64,000 bases of DNA, from NCBI GenBank assembly GCA_049322835.1, contig JBMOQN010000035.1, positions 125,816 through 189,815 of the forward strand. Reading direction: 5' to 3'. The stretch's first letter is position 1. Every line of letters starts with the position of its first letter. Shown here one piece after another: positions 48,736-58,047 of this stretch. Both the position numbers and the translations under genes were made by a program. The notes beneath the pieces were generated by a model that ran no database searches, was not told the DNA's origin, and worked only from the letters and a program-made list of their open reading frames with translations. The stretch is from Pseudomonadota bacterium. GTDB lineage: Bacteria > Pseudomonadota > Gammaproteobacteria > Burkholderiales > Burkholderiaceae_C.

Positions 48736-50964
48736 ATGACCTTGCACCACCGCCCCCGCCTCGCTCCGCTGGCCCTGGCCATGCTGACGGCACTGAGCCC
48801 GCTGCCGTCCTTCGCGCAAGACAACGATCCTCCGATGCCGGCCACGCGGGCGAAGGCGCCGGTCACGCTGAACTTCGTGAACGCCGAGATCGAGGCCGTG
48901 TCCCGCGCCATCGGCACCATGCTGGACCGTCAGATCGTGGTCGACCCGCGGGTCAAGGGCCAGATCACCGTGACCAGCGAGAAGGCCCAGCCACCGGCCG
49001 AGGCCTGGCGCAGCTACCTGGCCGCGCTGCGCGGCATGGGCTTCACCGTGGTCGAGAACGCCGGCCTGCTGAAGGTGGTGCCTGAAGCCGAGGCCAAGCT
49101 GCAGGCGGGCACGGTGTCGATCGGCGCGCCCACGCTGCGTGGCGACCAGATCCTGACCCAGATCTTCCGCCTCAACCACGAGAACCCGAACAACCTGGTG
49201 GCGGTGCTGCGGCCGCTGATCAGCGCCAACAACACGATCAACGCCAACCCGGCCAACGGCACGCTGATCATCACCGACTACGCCGACAACCTGCAGCGCC
49301 TGTCGAAGATCATCGCCGCGCTCGACCAGCCGGCGGCATCGGAGGTCGAGGTCATCCCGGTGAAGCACGCGCTGGCGGCCGACCTGGCCCCGCTGCTGCA
49401 GAAGCTCACCGAGGGCGGTCCAGGCGTCAACGTGCCCGGCGCGGCCAACACCGCCGCCTCGGCCACCTCGATCGTCGTCGAGCCGCGCAGCAATTCACTG
49501 ATCGTGCGCACCGCCAACCCCGTGCGGATGAACGCGGTGCGCTCGCTGATCGAGAAGCTCGACAAGCCCGTGGCCGGGGGCGGCCCCGCCGGCAACATCT
49601 GGGTCGTCTACCTGAAGAACGCGGACGCGGTGAAGCTGGCCGAGGTGCTGCGCGCCGCGATCGCCAGCGGCACGGCGGCCACCAGCAGTGCCAGCACCAG
49701 CGGCAGCAGCGGGGCCTTCGGTTCCACCGGCGGCGTCACGGCCAGCCGGCCGTCGCCCAACATCAACACGTCTGCCGGGGTGTCGTCCGGCAGCTCGTCC
49801 GGCACCAGCAGCGCCGCCACCACCCCGGTGGCGGCCTCGGCAGGCCCCTCCACCGGTGGCCAGATCCAGGCCGACCCGGCGACCAATTCGCTGATCATCT
49901 CCGCACCCGAGCCGGTCTACCGCCAGATGCGCCAGGTCATCGACCAGCTCGACACCCGCCGCGCCCAGGTCTATGTCGAGACGCTGATCGTCAAGGTCGA
50001 CGCGGAGAAGGCCGCCGAGTTCGGCTTCCAATGGCAGAGCCTGCTCGGCAGCGCCAGCACCGAGAGCAACGTGGTCGCGGTCGGTGGCACCAACTTCGGC
50101 TCGGTGGGCAACATCGTCGACCTGTCGTTGTCGGGCGTCGGTACCGGCGGCACCTCGTCCAGCACCGGCACTTCCGCGAGCAGCCTGCTGGGCAACGGCC
50201 TGAACATCGGCGTGTTCCGCAAGATCGGCGGCGTCTACACCCTCGGCGCGCTGGCCCGCTTCCTGGAGGCGAACACCGGCGCCAACGTGCTCTCGACGCC
50301 CAACCTGGTGGCGCTCGACAACGAGGAAGCCAAGATCGTGATCGGCTCCAACGTGCCGTTCACCACCGGCTCGTTCACCAACACCGGCACCGGCAACGGC
50401 GCCGTCAACCCCTTCCAGACGATCGAGCGCAAGGACGTCGGCATCACGCTGCGCATCAAGAGCCAGATCGGCGAAGGCGGGACGGTGCGCATGACGGTGT
50501 TCCAGGAGAACAGCTCGCTGCGCAACGTCAGCTCGCAGATCACCGACAAGAGCTCGATCGAGACCACGGTGGTGGTCGACGACGGCAGCATGATGGTGCT
50601 GGGTGGCCTGCTGAAGGACGAATACGGCGACAGCGAGAACGCGGTGCCGGTGCTCGGCAGCATCCCCATCCTCGGCAACCTGTTCCGCAACGAAGGCCGC
50701 AAGCGCACCAAGAGCAACCTGATGCTGTTCCTGCGCCCGGTGGTGCTGCGCACGCCGCAGCAGGCCGAGCAGATGATGGTCGACCGCTACGACGCGATCC
50801 GCGCCGTGCAGCAGAACATCCCGCGCCCACCGACCACACTGCTGCCGGTGGATGGCACCCTGGTGCTGCCCGAGCGTCAGCCGGGCAAGCTGCCGGACCA
50901 GCAGGTGGTCGTGCCGCCGACCCCGGCGCCGGTGCCGGCCACCGTGCCGCCGCCTGCGCAGTAA
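48736..50964 (+). CDS. gspD: T2SS secretin
   Basis: [47 protein letters not shown]. Confidence 0.95.
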   Translation: MTLHHRPRLAPLALAMLTALSPLPSFAQDNDPPMPATRAKAPVTLNFVNAEIEAVSRAIGTMLDRQIVVDPRVKGQITVTSEKAQPPAEAWRSYLAALRGMGFTVVENAGLLKVVPEAEAKLQAGTVSIGAPTLRGDQILTQIFRLNHENPNNLVAVLRPLISANNTINANPANGTLIITDYADNLQRLSKIIAALDQPAASEVEVIPVKHALAADLAPLLQKLTEGGPGVNVPGAANTAASATSIVVEPRSNSLIVRTANPVRMNAVRSLIEKLDKPVAGGGPAGNIWVVYLKNADAVKLAEVLRAAIASGTAATSSASTSGSSGAFGSTGGVTASRPSPNINTSAGVSSGSSSGTSSAATTPVAASAGPSTGGQIQADPATNSLIISAPEPVYRQMRQVIDQLDTRRAQVYVETLIVKVDAEKAAEFGFQWQSLLGSASTESNVVAVGGTNFGSVGNIVDLSLSGVGTGGTSSSTGTSASSLLGNGLNIGVFRKIGGVYTLGALARFLEANTGANVLSTPNLVALDNEEAKIVIGSNVPFTTGSFTNTGTGNGAVNPFQTIERKDVGITLRIKSQIGEGGTVRMTVFQENSSLRNVSSQITDKSSIETTVVVDDGSMMVLGGLLKDEYGDSENAVPVLGSIPILGNLFRNEGRKRTKSNLMLFLRPVVLRTPQQAEQMMVDRYDAIRAVQQNIPRPPTTLLPVDGTLVLPERQPGKLPDQQVVVPPTPAPVPATVPPPAQ

Positions 50965-50980
50965 AGCAAGAGAGCCGATC

Positions 50981-52402
50981 ATGGGCCAACGCCACCCGCT
51001 GCCCTATGCCTTCGCCAAGGCCAACACCCTGCTGCTGGAAGACGACGGTCGCCAGCTCGTGCTTCGCCTGGCAGACACCACGCCCCGCAGCGCGCTGACC
51101 GAGGTGCTGCGCCGCTACGCCGTCGACCGCTTCGAGCCCGAGGCCGCCGACGCGCTCGACAAGCGCCTGGCCGAGGCCTACGCCGGCGGCGAGGCCAGCG
51201 CCGCGGCGGTGGTGGGCGAGGTGGAAAGCGCGGTCGACCTCTCGCGCATGATGCAGGAGCTGCCGGCGGTTGAAGACCTGCTGGAGGCCGCGAACGACGC
51301 GCCGATCATCCGCATGCTGAATGCGCTGCTGACGCAGGCGGCGAAGGACGGCGCGAGCGACATCCACATCGAGCCCTACGAGCGCAGCTCGAGCGTGCGC
51401 TTCCGCGTCGACGGCACGCTGCGCCAGGTGGTGCAGCCCAACAAGGCGCTGCACGCGGCGTTGATCTCGCGCCTGAAGATCATGGCCGAGCTCGACATCG
51501 CCGAGAAGCGCCTGCCGCAGGACGGCCGCATCTCGCTGCGCATCGGCGGCCGGGCGATCGACGTGCGGGTCTCCACCCTGCCCTCGGCCCACGGCGAGCG
51601 CGCGGTGCTGCGCCTGCTCGACAAGACCGAGGCCAAGTTCAGCCTCGAAAGCCTGGGCATGAGCGGCGACGTGCTGCAGGCCTTCCTGCGCCAGGTGCAG
51701 CAGCCGCACGGCATCGTGCTGGTGACCGGCCCCACCGGGTCGGGCAAGACGACCACGCTGTACGCCTCGATGTCGCGCCTGGACACCTCGACCACCAACG
51801 TGCTGACGGTCGAGAACCCGGTCGAGTACGAGCTGCCCGGCATCGGCCAGACCCAGGTCAACCCCGCGATCGACCTGACTTTCGCTGCCGCCCTGCGTGC
51901 CATCCTGCGCCAGGACCCGGATGTCATCATGATCGGCGAGATTCGCGACTTCGAGACGGCGCAGATCGCCATCCAGGCCTCGCTCACCGGCCACCTGGTG
52001 CTCGCCACCCTGCACACCAACGACGCGCTGTCGGCCGTCACGCGCCTGACCGACATGGGCGTCGAGCCCTTCCTGCTCAGCTCCAGCCTGCTGGGTGTCC
52101 TGGCCCAGCGCCTGGTGCGCAAGCTCTGCCCGACTTGCAAGCGGCAGGACGAACATGGCCGCTGGCACCCGGTGGGTTGCGCCGAATGCGCCCACACCGG
52201 CTACCGTGGCCGCACAGGCGTGTACGAGCTGATGACGGTGGACGACCAGATGCGCGGGCTGATCCACAACCGCGCCGCCGAGAGCCAGCTCTTCGTGGCC
52301 GCCGAGAAGGCGGGCTTCCGCACCATGCGCGAAGACGGCCAGCGCCTGATCGATGCCGGCATCACCTCGCAGGAAGAGGTGCTGCGCGTGACCCGCGAGT
52401 AA
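50981..52402 (+). CDS. gspE: T2SS ATPase
   Basis: [41 protein letters not shown]; Asp box reads TVENPVE. Confidence 0.95.
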   Translation: MGQRHPLPYAFAKANTLLLEDDGRQLVLRLADTTPRSALTEVLRRYAVDRFEPEAADALDKRLAEAYAGGEASAAAVVGEVESAVDLSRMMQELPAVEDLLEAANDAPIIRMLNALLTQAAKDGASDIHIEPYERSSSVRFRVDGTLRQVVQPNKALHAALISRLKIMAELDIAEKRLPQDGRISLRIGGRAIDVRVSTLPSAHGERAVLRLLDKTEAKFSLESLGMSGDVLQAFLRQVQQPHGIVLVTGPTGSGKTTTLYASMSRLDTSTTNVLTVENPVEYELPGIGQTQVNPAIDLTFAAALRAILRQDPDVIMIGEIRDFETAQIAIQASLTGHLVLATLHTNDALSAVTRLTDMGVEPFLLSSSLLGVLAQRLVRKLCPTCKRQDEHGRWHPVGCAECAHTGYRGRTGVYELMTVDDQMRGLIHNRAAESQLFVAAEKAGFRTMREDGQRLIDAGITSQEEVLRVTRE

Positions 52403-52429
52403 GCCGCCCCGAGCCGCCAGAGCCCAGCG

Positions 52430-53665
52430 ATGCCCGCATTCAAGTTCGAAGCCCTCGACGCGGCCGGCAAGACCGCCACCGGCCTGGTCGAGGCCGACAA
52501 CGCCAAGGCAGCGCGCGCCCAGGTGCGCGCAAAGGCCCTGGTGCCGCTGTCGGTCACCGCCGTGGTGAGCGCCGCCGAAGCCGCGGCCAGCGCCAAGGCC
52601 CGCGGCAGCTTCCAGTTGCCCGGTCGGCGCGCCTTTTCCTCCAGCGGCCTGACGGTGTGGACGCGCCAGCTTGCCGGGCTGGTCGGCTCGGGCCTGCCGC
52701 TGGAGCGCGCCCTCACCGCCCTGGCCGACGAAGCCGAGGAGCCGCGCCAGCGCGAGTTGATCGCGCACCTCAAGAGCGAGGTCAACGCCGGCAGCTCGTT
52801 CGCACGTGCGCTGGCGTCGAGCCCGCGCGAGTTCGACGACGTCTACCGCGCGGTCGTGGCCGCCGGCGAGCAGAGCGGTGCGCTCGGCACGGTGCTGGAG
52901 AAGCTCGCCGACGACCTGGAGGACCGGCAGGCGTTGAAGTCCAAGGTCGTCGGCGCGATGCTGTACCCGGCCATCGTGTCGCTGATCGCGATCGTCATCG
53001 TCACTTTCCTGGTCACCTACGTCGTGCCGCAGGTGGCCTCGGTCTTCACCAGCACCAAGCGCGCCCTGCCCACGCTCACGGTCATCATGCTGGCCATCAG
53101 CGCCTTCGTGCGCGACTACGGCTGGCTGGTGCTTCTGGCAATCATCGCCGGGCTGGTCGGCTTGAGCTTCTCCTTGCGCAACGAGGCCTTCCGCGAGCGT
53201 TTCGATGCCGCCGTGCTGCGCCTGCCGCTGTTCGGCCGGCTCGCACGTGGCTACAACGCCGCTCGGTTCGCCGGCACCCTCGCCATGCTGGCCGGCGCCG
53301 GCGTGCCCATCCTGAAGGCGCTGCAGGCCGCGGCAGAGACACTCGGCAACCGCGCGATGCGTGCCGACGCGATGGCCGCACTGGTGCAGGTGCGCGAGGG
53401 CGCACCGCTGGCCTCGGCAATGGCGGCCAAGAAGCGCTTCCCGGGCCTGCTCGCGATGTTTGCCCGCCTCGGCGAGCAGACCGGCAAGCTGCCCGTGATG
53501 CTGGATCGCGCTGCGCGACAGCTCGGGGGCGAGGTGCAGCGTCGCGCGCTCGCCATCGCCACGGTGCTGGAGCCGTTGTTGATCGTGGCGATGGGCGTCG
53601 TCGTGATGCTGATCGTGCTGTCGGTGCTGCTGCCGATCATCCAATTGAACACCTGGGTGAAATAG
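52430..53665 (+). CDS. gspF: T2SS inner-membrane platform protein
   Basis: [26 protein letters not shown]. Confidence 0.95.
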   Translation: MPAFKFEALDAAGKTATGLVEADNAKAARAQVRAKALVPLSVTAVVSAAEAAASAKARGSFQLPGRRAFSSSGLTVWTRQLAGLVGSGLPLERALTALADEAEEPRQRELIAHLKSEVNAGSSFARALASSPREFDDVYRAVVAAGEQSGALGTVLEKLADDLEDRQALKSKVVGAMLYPAIVSLIAIVIVTFLVTYVVPQVASVFTSTKRALPTLTVIMLAISAFVRDYGWLVLLAIIAGLVGLSFSLRNEAFRERFDAAVLRLPLFGRLARGYNAARFAGTLAMLAGAGVPILKALQAAAETLGNRAMRADAMAALVQVREGAPLASAMAAKKRFPGLLAMFARLGEQTGKLPVMLDRAARQLGGEVQRRALAIATVLEPLLIVAMGVVVMLIVLSVLLPIIQLNTWVK

Positions 53666-53709
53666 CGCCGTGCAGCGGCGCCTGCGGCGCGCTGCGGCTG
53701 GAGCCACCG

Positions 53710-54039
53710 ATGCAGTTCGTCTACCTCGCCATTGCCATCGTCGCCGAGGTGGCGGCCACCACGGCGCTCAAGGCCTCGGCCGGCTTCAAGGTGCTGCTGC
53801 CGTCGATCATCGTCGTGGTCGGCTATGCGGTGTCGTTCTACTTCCTCTCGCTGACGCTCAAGACGATGTCGATCGGCATCGCCTACGCGATCTGGTCCGG
53901 CGTGGGACTGGTGCTGATCTCGCTGGCGGCCTGGTGGCTGTACGGCCAGACGCTGGACGCGGCGGCGCTGGCCGGCATGGCGCTGATCGCCGCGGGCGTG
54001 GCCGTGATCAACCTGTTCTCGCGCTCGGTCAGCCACTGA
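53710..54039 (+). CDS. SMR family efflux transporter (EmrE/QacE-like)
   Basis: [25 protein letters not shown], four TM helices. Confidence 0.92.
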   Translation: MQFVYLAIAIVAEVAATTALKASAGFKVLLPSIIVVVGYAVSFYFLSLTLKTMSIGIAYAIWSGVGLVLISLAAWWLYGQTLDAAALAGMALIAAGVAVINLFSRSVSH

Positions 54040-54074
54040 CGCGAGGCCGCTCTGTTTGCGGCGATGATCGCCGC

Positions 54075-54911
54075 ATGATCCCCGCTACCGTCTTCGAAGC
54101 CGCCAACCTCGTCGAAGCCCACATGGTGCAGGACCTGCTGCGCCAGCAAGGGCTGCCCGCCCGCGTCGAAGGCGAGTACCTGCAGGGGGCGTTGGGCGAG
54201 CTGCCGACGCGCGGGCTGGTGCGGGTGGTGGTCGACGACGAGCTCGACGCGGTGGCCGCGCGACGGGTCATCGCCGAGTTCGAGGCCGCCCAACCGGGCG
54301 ACGACCCGCACGCTGTCGCCGTGGGTGCGCGGAGCAGGGGCTCCAGCCGCATCGGCTGGGTCTGCCTGGGCCTGGTGGTCGGCATGCTGGCCACGGTGGC
54401 GGCGCTGCGCACACCGGCGCGAGAGGACGGGCTCGACCACGACCGCGACGGTGTGGCCGACGAGCGCTGGACCCACGGTGCCACCGGCCGCCCGTTGTCG
54501 ATGGATGCCGACCGCAACTTCGATCACCGTGTGGACATGGTCAACCACTACGACGCCCGAGGTGAGCTGGTCGACGGCCAGGCCGACGACGACTTCGACG
54601 GCCGCTTCGAGACCGCGCTGCGCTACCGCCAGGGGATGGTCGAGTCGAGCGAGGTCGACGCCGATGGCGACGGCTACCCCGAGCTGCGCTTCGCCTTCGA
54701 GCACGGTGTGCCGCAGACGATGAGCGTGGTCAACCCGTCGACCGGTTGGCCGTTGCGGGTCGAGCACTACCGCTTCGGCCTGCTGACCGAGGCCGAGGTC
54801 GATACCGACCGCGACGGTCGGCTCGACACCCGGCTGCGCTACACCCCCCTCGCCGAGGTGGTGGCGCGCGAGCCGATCGTCACGACGGCAGGAAATCGAC
54901 CGGGAAGTTGA
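54075..54911 (+). CDS. DUF2007-like N-domain, TM helix and DxDxDG repeat domain protein
   Basis: EAHMVQDLL...GEYLQGALGELP; repeats DHDRDG, DDDFDG, DADGDG, DTDRDG. Confidence 0.7.
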   Translation: MIPATVFEAANLVEAHMVQDLLRQQGLPARVEGEYLQGALGELPTRGLVRVVVDDELDAVAARRVIAEFEAAQPGDDPHAVAVGARSRGSSRIGWVCLGLVVGMLATVAALRTPAREDGLDHDRDGVADERWTHGATGRPLSMDADRNFDHRVDMVNHYDARGELVDGQADDDFDGRFETALRYRQGMVESSEVDADGDGYPELRFAFEHGVPQTMSVVNPSTGWPLRVEHYRFGLLTEAEVDTDRDGRLDTRLRYTPLAEVVAREPIVTTAGNRPGS

Positions 54912-55974
54912 CGCTCATCTGGTCGACGTCCTTCGCGCCGAAGTCGAACTGCGTGATGCGCGCGACCAGCTTCTGCTCCAGTTCGGGCGTCTTCAGCTCG
55001 CTGGCGACGACCCGACAGCTGATCACCTGCCCGGCCGGCGAGATTTTCAGCTCGAAGGTCACCTTGCCCTGCAGGCTCGGGTCTTCACGCAACGCGCGGT
55101 TGTAGATGGCATAGATCGCGCCCTTGTTGCGCTCGAAGACGAGGCGGATCTCCTCGATAGAGCGCGAGGCCTTGCCGCTCGATCCCTTCTGCAGCGTGCC
55201 ACCGGCCTTGGCGCCGGCACCCGTGCCCGTGCCGCCGGTGCCTACCCCGCCGCCGCCGCCCGGGCCGCCGCCACCGCCGCCACCGGCCGTGCCGGCCACG
55301 AGCGTGGTCGAGCGGCCGGCGAGGCCGCCACCGCCGGTGTCGCGGCTCATGCCCGCGGTGTTGATGCCGCCGGAGCCACCGGTTGCATTCGAGGTGATCA
55401 TCGACCGCACCGGCAGGCCGGCCTCGGTGCCCGCGCCCACGCCGGGGCCGGTACCGGTGCCCACGCCCAGTCCGGGCTTGATCTGGTCCTTGTTCAGTTG
55501 CACGGCCGTCGGCGCGCTGTGGAGCTCTGTGAGCTGTTCCTTCATCGCCAGCAGGCCCACGCCGGTGGCGCGGCGGCGCGCCGCGTCGAGGGCCTCGCCC
55601 GGCGGCTTGCCGGGGATCGGGTTGCGCGCCTCAGGCACTGGCGCCTGCTTCTTGTCACGCTCGGGCTTGGGCGCGGGCTCCTCGGCCTTGGGCTTGACCT
55701 CGGTCGGCTTGGCCGCTTCGGCCGGCACGGCCGGCTTCGGCGGCGGCAGCTCGACCTTGGCCTTGTCTTCCAGCAGCAGCTTGGCCAGCGGAGGCGGCAG
55801 CGGCTGGACCTCGTCGCGCCGCAGCTCGGGCAGCGGCAGCCACGGCAGCGCCACGCCGAAGACCAGGCACAGCAACACCACGACCTGGGCGACGCTGCGG
55901 AAGCGCCGGTCGTCTTCCTCCGGCACCGCCCAGGCCAGCACCGGCTGGCGGAATGAGACTGCGAGGGCACTCAT
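54880..55974 (-). CDS. TonB-like energy transducer with AgmX/PglI (GltG-like) C-terminal domain
   Basis: TM, Pro/Lys linker, Gly-rich stretch, IYAIYNRALREDPSLQGKVTFELKISPAGQV...FPVDF. Confidence 0.85.
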   Translation of the reverse strand: MSALAVSFRQPVLAWAVPEEDDRRFRSVAQVVVLLCLVFGVALPWLPLPELRRDEVQPLPPPLAKLLLEDKAKVELPPPKPAVPAEAAKPTEVKPKAEEPAPKPERDKKQAPVPEARNPIPGKPPGEALDAARRRATGVGLLAMKEQLTELHSAPTAVQLNKDQIKPGLGVGTGTGPGVGAGTEAGLPVRSMITSNATGGSGGINTAGMSRDTGGGGLAGRSTTLVAGTAGGGGGGGPGGGGGVGTGGTGTGAGAKAGGTLQKGSSGKASRSIEEIRLVFERNKGAIYAIYNRALREDPSLQGKVTFELKISPAGQVISCRVVASELKTPELEQKLVARITQFDFGAKDVDQMSVNFPVDFLPS

Positions 55975-55975
55975 G

Positions 55976-56470
55976 TCAGGCGCCCTCCCGCTGGCGCACG
56001 GCGAAGGCCACGTCGCTGAAGTTGGCCCGTGCACAGGTCACCATGACCTTGCGCAGCAGCTGGTAAGGGATGTCCTTGTCGCCCATGATCGTGACGGTGC
56101 GGGTGTCCTTCTCGTTCTCGGCGCGCACCACGCGGCGTTGCGACAACAGGTCCAGCTCGGCCTTCAGCGGCTCGATCAGGTCGTCGGGCCTGGCCATGAC
56201 GTCGGCCACGGCGGCCACGCGCCGGCCTTCGACCAGGATGTCGGCCTGGCTGACCACCACCACCAGGGTTTCCTTCGGGCTTTGCTCGGCGTTGGAATCG
56301 GGCAGCGTCACCGCCTTCGACGGCGGCAGCACGTCGACGGTGCCCGAGCTCGACAGCAGGAAGAAGATCAGGATCGTGAACACGTCCACCAGCGCGGTGA
56401 GGTTCAGGTCCAGTTGCTGCGTGTTGCGGGCCTTGTGGTGGGCCCGCTTTTGCAGCGGCGTGAGTTTCAT
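55976..56470 (-). CDS. ExbD/TolR family protein (AglS-like), conserved TM Asp present
   Basis: LNLTALVDVFTILIFFLL; GDKDIPY..LRKVM. Confidence 0.88.
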   Translation of the reverse strand: MKLTPLQKRAHHKARNTQQLDLNLTALVDVFTILIFFLLSSSGTVDVLPPSKAVTLPDSNAEQSPKETLVVVVSQADILVEGRRVAAVADVMARPDDLIEPLKAELDLLSQRRVVRAENEKDTRTVTIMGDKDIPYQLLRKVMVTCARANFSDVAFAVRQREGA

Positions 56471-56482
56471 TTGATCGGCCCC

Positions 56483-56983
56483 TTATTGGCGGGCGCGCAC
56501 CGGCGCGTCGCCGATCGCGATGTCGGGGAACAGCTCGTGCCGCACCACCTGCGGGCCGTTCATCTCGTGCGCCGAGCGCACCGCGTCCATCACCTTGACC
56601 AGGCGGTCGTAGGAGGTGTCGGGCTCGGCCAGCACGCTGGCGTCGCGCTGCTCCGGGAACTTGAGCTTGATCTGGCGGATGAGCTGGTTCAACGCGGCCA
56701 CGTCCGGCCCGCTGGCGGTGTTGGGGATGCGCTGGATCAGGCCGCCGATGCGGTCACCGACCTCGAGCGCGTCCGGGCGCACCACCACCTCGAGCTGCAG
56801 GTGATCGACCTTGAGCTGCTCGGCCGCCCCCCCGGCGTTCTGCGCCGGCAGCGACATGTCCAGCACCGCCAGGCGGGTGAAGACCGCGGTGGAGAGCAGG
56901 AATGGCACCAGCACCACGATCAGGTTCAGGAAGGCCGAGATCTCCAGCGCGGCTGGATGCTTCTTCAGGCGTCGAACGCGCAT
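56483..56983 (-). CDS. ExbD/TolR family protein (AglQ-like), TM Asp replaced by Asn
   Basis: LEISAFLNLIVVLVPFLL; YDRLVKVMDAVR...ELFPDI. Confidence 0.85.
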   Translation of the reverse strand: MRVRRLKKHPAALEISAFLNLIVVLVPFLLSTAVFTRLAVLDMSLPAQNAGGAAEQLKVDHLQLEVVVRPDALEVGDRIGGLIQRIPNTASGPDVAALNQLIRQIKLKFPEQRDASVLAEPDTSYDRLVKVMDAVRSAHEMNGPQVVRHELFPDIAIGDAPVRARQ

Positions 56984-57022
56984 GACGCGAGCCCCTTTTC
57001 TTCAGTCTGGCGTGGCGGGCGG

Positions 57023-57676
57023 TCAGCGCGCGGCGGCGTGCTCGGGGGCGATGCGCTGCATCAGGTTCAGGAAGCTGATCTTGGCGGCCTCCAGGCCGTC
57101 GACGATCTCGCTGGTGCGCGACTGTAGGAAGGCGTGGATCAGCAGGAACGGGATGGCCACCATCAGCGCGAACGCGGTGTTGTTCATCGCGATCGAGATC
57201 GAGGCCGACAGCAGCTCGGCCTTCTCGGCCGGGTTGACCTGCGCCACCGCCGTGAACGCCTTGATCAGGCCCATGATCGTGCCCAGCAGGCCGACCAGCG
57301 TGATCACGTTGGCGAAGGTGGCGATGTAGTGGGTGCGGCGCTCCAGGCGCGGCACGATTTCCATCATGCCCTCTTCCATCGCGGCGTCGAGGTCTTCGCG
57401 GCGGCGCGAGGTCTGCAGACGGGTGAGGCCATGGGTGACGATGTTGCCGATCGCCGAATCCGACTTGGAGGCGATGTTCAGCACCTCCTTCAGCTGGCCG
57501 CCCTGCAGCATGGGCAGCATCTGCGCCCACTCCTTGCGGTTGGCCGAGCGCGAGCGGCGCAGGAAGACCCAGCGTTCAATCGCAATCGACAGGCCCATGG
57601 CCATGATGAACAGGCTGGGGTAGATGAACCAGCCGCAGTCCACGAAGAACTTCACGACCAACTGGAAGGCATTCAT
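57023..57676 (-). CDS. MotA/TolQ/ExbB proton channel (AglR-like)
   Basis: AIERW, TLVGLLGTIMGLIKAF, ISIAMNNTAFAL. Confidence 0.92.
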   Translation of the reverse strand: MNAFQLVVKFFVDCGWFIYPSLFIMAMGLSIAIERWVFLRRSRSANRKEWAQMLPMLQGGQLKEVLNIASKSDSAIGNIVTHGLTRLQTSRRREDLDAAMEEGMMEIVPRLERRTHYIATFANVITLVGLLGTIMGLIKAFTAVAQVNPAEKAELLSASISIAMNNTAFALMVAIPFLLIHAFLQSRTSEIVDGLEAAKISFLNLMQRIAPEHAAAR

Positions 57677-57738
57677 CAATCTTCTCCGAGAGGGCAAATC
57701 GCGCAGTGCGCAGGAAAACGAGACAGGAAAACGAAGGG

Positions 57739-58047
57739 TCAGGGCTTGGCGGTGGCGGACTCCGGGGCCGCGCGGGTGGCCGCGTCGAACTGGATGCGGC
57801 GGCGGAACACGTCGCGGTCGATCGGCGCCAGCACCTCGTCGAGCACGCTCACCGAGGGGCGGCCAGCCAGCTCGCCCGGCAACGGCTTCTTCCAGGGCAC
57901 GATGTAGAGCACCTTGGGCAGCTCGCGGTTGCCGATGATCTGTGTCTTGTCGAGGTCGACGCGGTCCTCTGCCTGCGCCACCGCAGCGCACAGGGCCAAG
58001 GGAATCGCCAAGGTGATCGGCAGCAGGGAACGGCTTGTGAGCGTCAT
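57739..58047 (-). CDS. Small exported protein (GltF-like position)
   Basis: Signal peptide ending AQA; IIGNRELPKVLYIVPWK. Confidence 0.75.
   Translation of the reverse strand: MTLTSRSLLPITLAIPLALCAAVAQAEDRVDLDKTQIIGNRELPKVLYIVPWKKPLPGELAGRPSVSVLDEVLAPIDRDVFRRRIQFDAATRAAPESATAKP

Noticed and set aside
41974-53665. Missing gspO/prepilin peptidase as a sign of a defective T2SS
   Set aside because: Many proteobacteria use an unlinked PilD, so absence from the cluster is ordinary.
55200-55470. CCG/GCC microsatellite-like tract
   Set aside because: Encodes the Gly-rich linker of the TonB-like protein.
55976-57676. Calling these genes tolQ/tolR or flagellar motA/motB
   Set aside because: No tolB, pal or flagellar genes nearby, no OmpA-like peptidoglycan-binding domain, and two distinct ExbD paralogues with TPR genes fit the Agl/Glt-type arrangement better.
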